A DNA stretch of 64,000 nt from Candidatus Woykebacteria bacterium (GTDB taxonomy: Bacteria > Patescibacteriota > Microgenomatia > Woykebacterales > RBG-16-39-9b): contig JBBDPM010000006.1 in the NCBI GenBank assembly GCA_040876345.1, positions 392,547 to 456,546 on the forward strand, given 5' to 3'. The position numbers were made by a program, and so were the translations under genes. Shown in pieces: positions 59,463 through 64,000 of this stretch (position 1 is the stretch's first letter; every line of letters starts with the position of its first letter). The notes beneath the pieces were generated by a model. That model was not told where the DNA came from. It saw nothing but the letters and a program-made list of their open reading frames with translations, and did no database searches.

Positions 59463-59552
59463 TGGCGGAGGGGGTGGGATTCGAACCCACGGTACCCTCG
59501 CGGGCACGCACGCTTTCCAAGCGTGTGCACTAGGCCACTATGCGACCCCTCC
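59463..59552 (-). tRNA. tRNA-Ser(GGA)
   Basis: Cloverleaf with long variable arm, anticodon GGA, CCA. Confidence 0.96.
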
Positions 59553-59589
59553 ACAAAGCGCGTCATATTATACCAGAAAGCGGAATAAC

Positions 59590-59618
59590 TTGACTAAGCA
59601 AGCTAGCGGTGGTATAAG
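59590..59618 (+). promoter_or_regulatory. Sigma70 promoter of the structured RNA
   Basis: TTGACT-17-TATAAG. Confidence 0.7.
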
Positions 59619-59625
59619 AATCCAT

Positions 59626-60175
59626 GGGAGAAGGATGATCGACCGGACCGGAAGTTCCACTAGGAGGTTTACCATGACCCAGTATGACCAGCGCGGCAGC
59701 CCTGTCGGCCACCACGCTGCGGCGCAGACGGCGACAACGGCCCCCACAGCGGGCACAACGACGCCGACTATGCCGAAGACCACCCGTCGCCCCGGCCGGA
59801 GGTAGCTCGCAGTCCCGCCCGCGCGAAGGTAGAAGACACCAGCACTTCGAACTGCGTGACCATACCGTCACCAGCAGGTGAGGTCGGATACGCACCGTAC
59901 TGGCCTTAGGCACTAGAACGTGCGCTTCTTGCCTGCGTTTTACGAGCCCGTGGCCTAAGTCGACGAACCTATCACCTAGAACCAGGCCCGCCCGACGCAC
60001 AACTGTGCTGACGGCCCATATCCCCACACAAGGAAACTGCCGCACAAAGGCAAGGACCACGTGGGATCGTATGGTTAGCAAGTACTCAAGGATGGGCATA
60101 CGAATCCGGTCGACACTGACTCCCAAGGACCCACCAGGTGTACCTATCACAGGAGCACTCGGTGGGTCCTCTCTC
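59626..60175 (+). ncRNA. Putative ~500-nt structured RNA with an internal small ORF (unassigned)
   Basis: 5'/3' closing stems GGGAG/CTCCC and TCGACCGGA/TCCGGTCGA, nested internal stems, 3' hairpin. Confidence 0.6.
59674..59805 (+). CDS. 43-aa small ORF (MTQYDQ...TRRPGRR)
   Basis: AGGAGG RBS at a normal distance from the ATG; low-complexity Thr/Ala/Arg peptide. Confidence 0.4.
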   Translation: MTQYDQRGSPVGHHAAAQTATTAPTAGTTTPTMPKTTRRPGRR

Positions 60176-60318
60176 ATTTATTTGAACTTCACAAGACAAA
60201 AACCAATTAAAACTTTCTCAAAACCTCTCTTAGCAAGTAGCTTTTCTAATGGTAAGATAATTTTGATGGCGGAGTGAAACCATAACGTTAAGGAAGAGAT
60301 CAACGGAGGGAAGGATCC

Positions 60319-61020
60319 ATGAACCGTTACATCATAATGGTCGCCTTGTCCATTGCATTTTTCTTGGCGGTTACGAGGCCGAACAGTGGAGTTCCGCCGG
60401 CAATTCAGCCAACCACCCAGACGGTGCCTATCACACCAAATTCCGTGGTAATCACCAAATACATCGAGGTACCAGCTCCAACCCAGGCTCAGCCAAGTCC
60501 GACAGCGAGAGCGGAGCAATCAACGGCAACTTCAGTGCAAACCGTACCTAGGGCGGAGGCCGCGATTAGCCGAATCCGTATACCGGAGTACGAGGTGGAC
60601 GCACCGGTAATAACCATGGGGATAGACGATAACGGCGTGATGGAGGCTCCCGAGAAACCAACAGATGTGGCGTGGTACGATTTCACCAACAATCCAAGCT
60701 CTGGAAGGCAGTGCTGCAACGCTGTTTTCGCGGGACACGTGGACAGCAGCTACTCAGGGGATCCTGGACCAGCGGTCTTCTGGCCTCTGAAATACCTCGT
60801 TCGCGGCGATGTGGTTGAGGTGGAGATGGAAGACGGAACAGTTTACCACTACCAAGTGGTATCAAACGAGCTGGTGGATGCAGCCACTGCCGATGTCGGC
60901 GAGATCATCGGTCCAACCCAAAAAGAGACTGTCACCCTCATAACTTGTGGCGGACACTTTAACCAAGTGACTCACCACCACGAAGGGCGGGTGATCGTGA
61001 AAGCAGAAAAGGTTCCCTGA
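60319..61020 (+). CDS. Class F sortase
   Basis: V.WY, NAV.AGHVD, AVF..L..L..GD, LITCGG, R. Confidence 0.92.
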   Translation: MNRYIIMVALSIAFFLAVTRPNSGVPPAIQPTTQTVPITPNSVVITKYIEVPAPTQAQPSPTARAEQSTATSVQTVPRAEAAISRIRIPEYEVDAPVITMGIDDNGVMEAPEKPTDVAWYDFTNNPSSGRQCCNAVFAGHVDSSYSGDPGPAVFWPLKYLVRGDVVEVEMEDGTVYHYQVVSNELVDAATADVGEIIGPTQKETVTLITCGGHFNQVTHHHEGRVIVKAEKVP

Positions 61021-61154
61021 GGTTGCACCAACCAAGCGACTCATGATATCTTCTCCTTGGATAATGGCCACTAAAGCCAGTTTGGCAAGGAAGGGAGGGA
61101 CAAACACACGGCCATTCCAATTCATCGGTAAGTTTGGAGACTGAGAGGTGCGAG

Positions 61155-61676
61155 ATGCCTAAAAGGCACAAGCTCCTGGGGTTGGCTCTCTCCTATGCGT
61201 TCCCGCAGAGAGCTAGCTGGCCTCGGCATCTAACAGTCGTTGCAACGCTTGGGGTGGGGGCTTTTCTGTTCATCAGCCTCGGAATACCCCCAGCGACTGG
61301 GCCCCCGGCCCACGCAGCGACAACCAACAGTCTGGCTAGCCATGAGACGCCAGACCACGCCATAAGTAGCGCTGTCGGCAGGGAAGACAGGGTAGACCTA
61401 ACGGTCACCACCGCTCCAATAGTGCAGGGGGGTTGGGACGCCGCACCAGTAGAGTCCCTACCAGAAGCTACACACGAGGCTTCCGGGACCGGAACGCTGG
61501 TGATCATTAGCGCAGTTGCAGCCACCTTCGGCACCATTTTCGTCACTAGCTGCGTAGTCAGAGCAGTTCGAAACCGGGAGAGGCTTACTCCCTCCATGCT
61601 CCGCGCAGAACTAAGTCAACTGGTGGCGAAGCTGCGACAAGCGCTGGGAACAGGAAGAGTGACCCAAGACCGCTAG
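61155..61676 (+). CDS. Putative sortase substrate or surface protein
   Basis: Signal-like N-terminus, LPEAT..ASGTG plus TM and basic tail; GAGGTG RBS. Confidence 0.5.
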   Translation: MPKRHKLLGLALSYAFPQRASWPRHLTVVATLGVGAFLFISLGIPPATGPPAHAATTNSLASHETPDHAISSAVGREDRVDLTVTTAPIVQGGWDAAPVESLPEATHEASGTGTLVIISAVAATFGTIFVTSCVVRAVRNRERLTPSMLRAELSQLVAKLRQALGTGRVTQDR

Positions 61677-61789
61677 TAACCTTGGGCGGCTACAAACAGG
61701 CTTTATAAAAAGCCTGGTTCTTCGGAACAATATCGTTGGAGTCAAACTCCTGCTGGGGGTTGTACGCTTGCGTATTGCCCCCAGCGAAC

Positions 61790-62203
61790 TCACAACAAGT
61801 TTTTTGCTTCCTGGAAAACTTTTTTATCCGTTTTGAACGATAGTCTCTCTTCAACCTTACCAACTGGTAACCACTCTGCATTTTCCATTTCCCAATCGTG
61901 ATATTCAATATTTCCCGACACGTATGCCATTAAAAAATAAGTTACTTTCTTTTTAATTTTGTCTCCCTTGAGTTGATAAAAATATTCTGTGGGTGAGAGT
62001 TCTTTAATTATTTTGGCTTCCACCCCGCCTTCTTCTTTTACTTCGCGAAGGGCGGTAGCTTCTTTTGTCTCACCCGGGTCAATCAATCCTTTGGGGAAAA
62101 CCCAACCGTGATGTTGGGAATGTTGAACAACCAAAATATAAATTTGATCGTTTTCTCGTCTAACTACGATGCCGCCAGCAGATTCTTCAAATTTAAATGT
62201 CAT
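61790..62203 (-). CDS. NUDIX hydrolase (Ap4A hydrolase-like)
   Basis: SAGG.V, W.FPKG..DPGE....ALREV.EE.G. Confidence 0.92.
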   Translation of the reverse strand: MTFKFEESAGGIVVRRENDQIYILVVQHSQHHGWVFPKGLIDPGETKEATALREVKEEGGVEAKIIKELSPTEYFYQLKGDKIKKKVTYFLMAYVSGNIEYHDWEMENAEWLPVGKVEERLSFKTDKKVFQEAKNLL

Positions 62204-62289
62204 AGTTTTGAATTTGAGCTCAAACTCTGTTAAAATATTTAATCACTTAGATGCAAGACAGTTATAACTGAATTATATCATTCCAACTT

Positions 62290-62365
62290 GCCCCCGTAGC
62301 TCAGTGGATAGAGCGCAACGTTGCGGACGTTGAGGTCGGAGGTTCGAATCCTCTCGGGGGCGCCA
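62290..62365 (+). tRNA. tRNA-Arg(GCG)
   Basis: Anticodon arm caacg-ttGCGga-cgttg, CCA. Confidence 0.93.
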
Positions 62366-62366
62366 C

Positions 62367-62458
62367 GGAGGGATGGCAGAGCCCGGTTTAATGCGCCGCT
62401 CTCGAAAAGCGGTTGGGTCGCAAGATCCTCGGAGGTTCGAATCCTCCTCCCTCCGCCA
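62367..62458 (+). tRNA. tRNA-Ser(CGA)
   Basis: ccgct-ctCGAaa-agcgg, long variable arm, CCA. Confidence 0.95.
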
Positions 62459-62486
62459 TGGTTCGACTACGCTCGCTATTCAAACT

Positions 62487-62562
62487 GCGCCTGTAGCTCA
62501 GTGGATAGAGCACAAGCCTCCGGAGCTTGAGGTCGAGAGTTCGAATCTCTCTAGGCGCGCCA
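62487..62562 (+). tRNA. tRNA-Arg(CCG)
   Basis: caagc-ctCCGga-gcttg, CCA. Confidence 0.95.
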
Positions 62563-62567
62563 GGAAT

Positions 62568-63257
62568 TTAACTAGCGATTTTGTGGAAAATATTAGAAAG
62601 GGAGTCTCCAAAACTATCTATCCAAGTGGTTTTTGGCACTTCTCTAAATGGCAGGTGACGCAAAAGAATATTTTTTATCTTTTCTTTATCTTCTTTGTCG
62701 ACAATAATAATCAATCTACCCGGAAACCCAACCAGTATGTCCATATTTAACAGCGTGTGGCCGTGTTTTTCGGAAAACCAAAAATCGTAGATTTCCTCCC
62801 ACAAAAAATCTCTTTTGCCAGAAATTACCCCTTCAGTCGTAATCCTGTGCTCAATCTCATTAGCCGGCGCCGAGGATAAAATAAAAGCGAGGAAGGAGAC
62901 GGCAACCACTGGGGCAATTATGAAATACTCACCCACCAAAAGTAATACTAAAATAATTAGAATGGCTACCAAAACAATATAGGTTATCCATTTTTTACCC
63001 CTGGGTATAAAGACGTGTGAGGGGGAGGACCACTCCTGTAAAGTCGTTACTTCCATCTGTCTGTTTCCGTCTTGAGAATCTTCAAGATTTGAAATTTTTG
63101 ATTGTAGGCCTCTCAGCTGTTCCTTTAAATCTGCGACTGATTCTTTGCTAGCTGCGTCTTTCTCTTCAATCAGAGAGCTACTCGGAGATTTTTTCTCTAC
63201 TTGAGAAGCCGGCGTAGTGTTTTTTCTTACGAAAAATTTTTTTTGCGGGGCAGCCAT
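62568..63257 (-). CDS. Membrane protein with a PH-like C-terminal domain (DUF5673-like)
   Basis: Coiled coil, W..P, 2 TM segments, IT..G......W..I..FW. Confidence 0.7.
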   Translation of the reverse strand: MAAPQKKFFVRKNTTPASQVEKKSPSSSLIEEKDAASKESVADLKEQLRGLQSKISNLEDSQDGNRQMEVTTLQEWSSPSHVFIPRGKKWITYIVLVAILIILVLLLVGEYFIIAPVVAVSFLAFILSSAPANEIEHRITTEGVISGKRDFLWEEIYDFWFSEKHGHTLLNMDILVGFPGRLIIIVDKEDKEKIKNILLRHLPFREVPKTTWIDSFGDSLSNIFHKIAS

Positions 63258-63436
63258 ACTTTTATATTACTACGATTCAAGAGGGTTTTCTACATAGAGG
63301 AGCTGTGTTGTTGAATCACAATTAGTATGGTACTTTTAATTAGTTCAGGAAGCTTTCACGAACAGAGGATGGAGATCATCAACAAGCACCTTAAAATCGG
63401 CCCATTTCCAGAAACGTAGTCAAGGAGGTAACCCCC

Positions 63437-64000
63437 ATGGTGTCAAGAACAATGGACCAAATAACCGCTAGCCGCGTACTACGCAATCCTGAACCTGCAG
63501 CGTCCTTACCACCCAACCTAAAAAGCGACTACGATGATCTGAAGGGACTAGTCGAGAGGGCGGGGCTGCTCGACAAGCAGCTTTCGTACTACATCGGCAA
63601 CATCACCATCAGGCTCGCTTTGCTCACCGGGAGCGTGGCGTTTCTCCTCTTCTTCGACAACTTCTGGCTCCAGCTTCTGAACGCTGCCTTCCTCGCTTTC
63701 GCGTTCGCCCAGATCGGCTTTCTCGGCCACGATGCCGGACACAAGCAGATCTTTGCGGGCAGTTCCTGGAACTACCTGTTCGGCCTGTTGCCGAACTTGT
63801 TGCTCGGCCTCAGCCGGGGTTGGTGGGTCGATACTCACAACGAGCATCACAGTAATCCAAACGACCTTGCCCGCGATCCGCACACCAGGCTGCCGATCTT
63901 CGCGTTCTCCGAGGATCAGGCGCTCAGCAAGCAAGGGCTACCGCGGCTCCTAATTCGCTACCAGGCACTCTACTTCTTCCCGATCCTGCTCCTTGAAGGG
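63437..64000 (+). CDS. Second fatty-acid desaturase, GC-rich, truncated by the window end
   Basis: Hand translation from AAGGAGG-ATG 63437 gives GHDAGH and HNEHH.NPN; frame stays open to 64000; missing from the ORF track. Confidence 0.9.
   Translation, partial: MVSRTMDQITASRVLRNPEPAASLPPNLKSDYDDLKGLVERAGLLDKQLSYYIGNITIRLALLTGSVAFLLFFDNFWLQLLNAAFLAFAFAQIGFLGHDAGHKQIFAGSSWNYLFGLLPNLLLGLSRGWWVDTHNEHHSNPNDLARDPHTRLPIFAFSEDQALSKQGLPRLLIRYQALYFFPILLLEG

Noticed and set aside
59401-59520. N-terminal extension of the trehalose synthase ORF
   Set aside because: It overlaps tRNA-Ser; homology begins at GTG 59400.
59563-60519. Minus-strand ORFs of 204 and 113 aa
   Set aside because: They are antisense to a promoter-led GC-rich unit and to the sortase; long ORFs are expected by chance at high GC.
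62321-62750. ORFs 62321-62530 and 62373-62750
   Set aside because: They are translations of the tRNA cluster.
63548-63953. Track ORFs 63548-63934 and 63732-63953
   Set aside because: Shadow frames of the desaturase starting at 63437.

Overview
A bacterial chromosomal window with a fairly AT-rich backbone. It most resembles a Patescibacteria/CPR genome; this is inferred from near-leaderless genes, repeat types and orphan content, since no marker gene such as 16S is present. It carries a complete but interrupted SUF Fe-S operon with ferredoxins and a reductase, ispH, cell-wall enzymes (VanY-type, FemAB, M14, class F sortase), a putative copper/metal operon, a Ca2+ P-type ATPase, NiSOD (sodN/sodX), msrA, tkt/tal, rpoD-dnaG, trehalose and betaine-type osmolyte genes, two fatty-acid desaturases, five toxin-antitoxin pairs and five tRNAs. 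The most unusual signals are: (i) several highly base-paired intergenic RNA candidates that I cannot assign to a family (22207-22565, 48760-49184, 53085-53243, 59626-60175), two of them behind clean sigma70 promoters; (ii) a tRNA-Asn-anchored array of one- or two-gene cassettes separated by degenerate tRNA-end-derived repeats; (iii) short repeats and heptamers inserted in-frame in coding genes; (iv) a split between leaderless native genes and GC-rich, Shine-Dalgarno-led orphan units. All calls were made by eye, without database searches or folding software.
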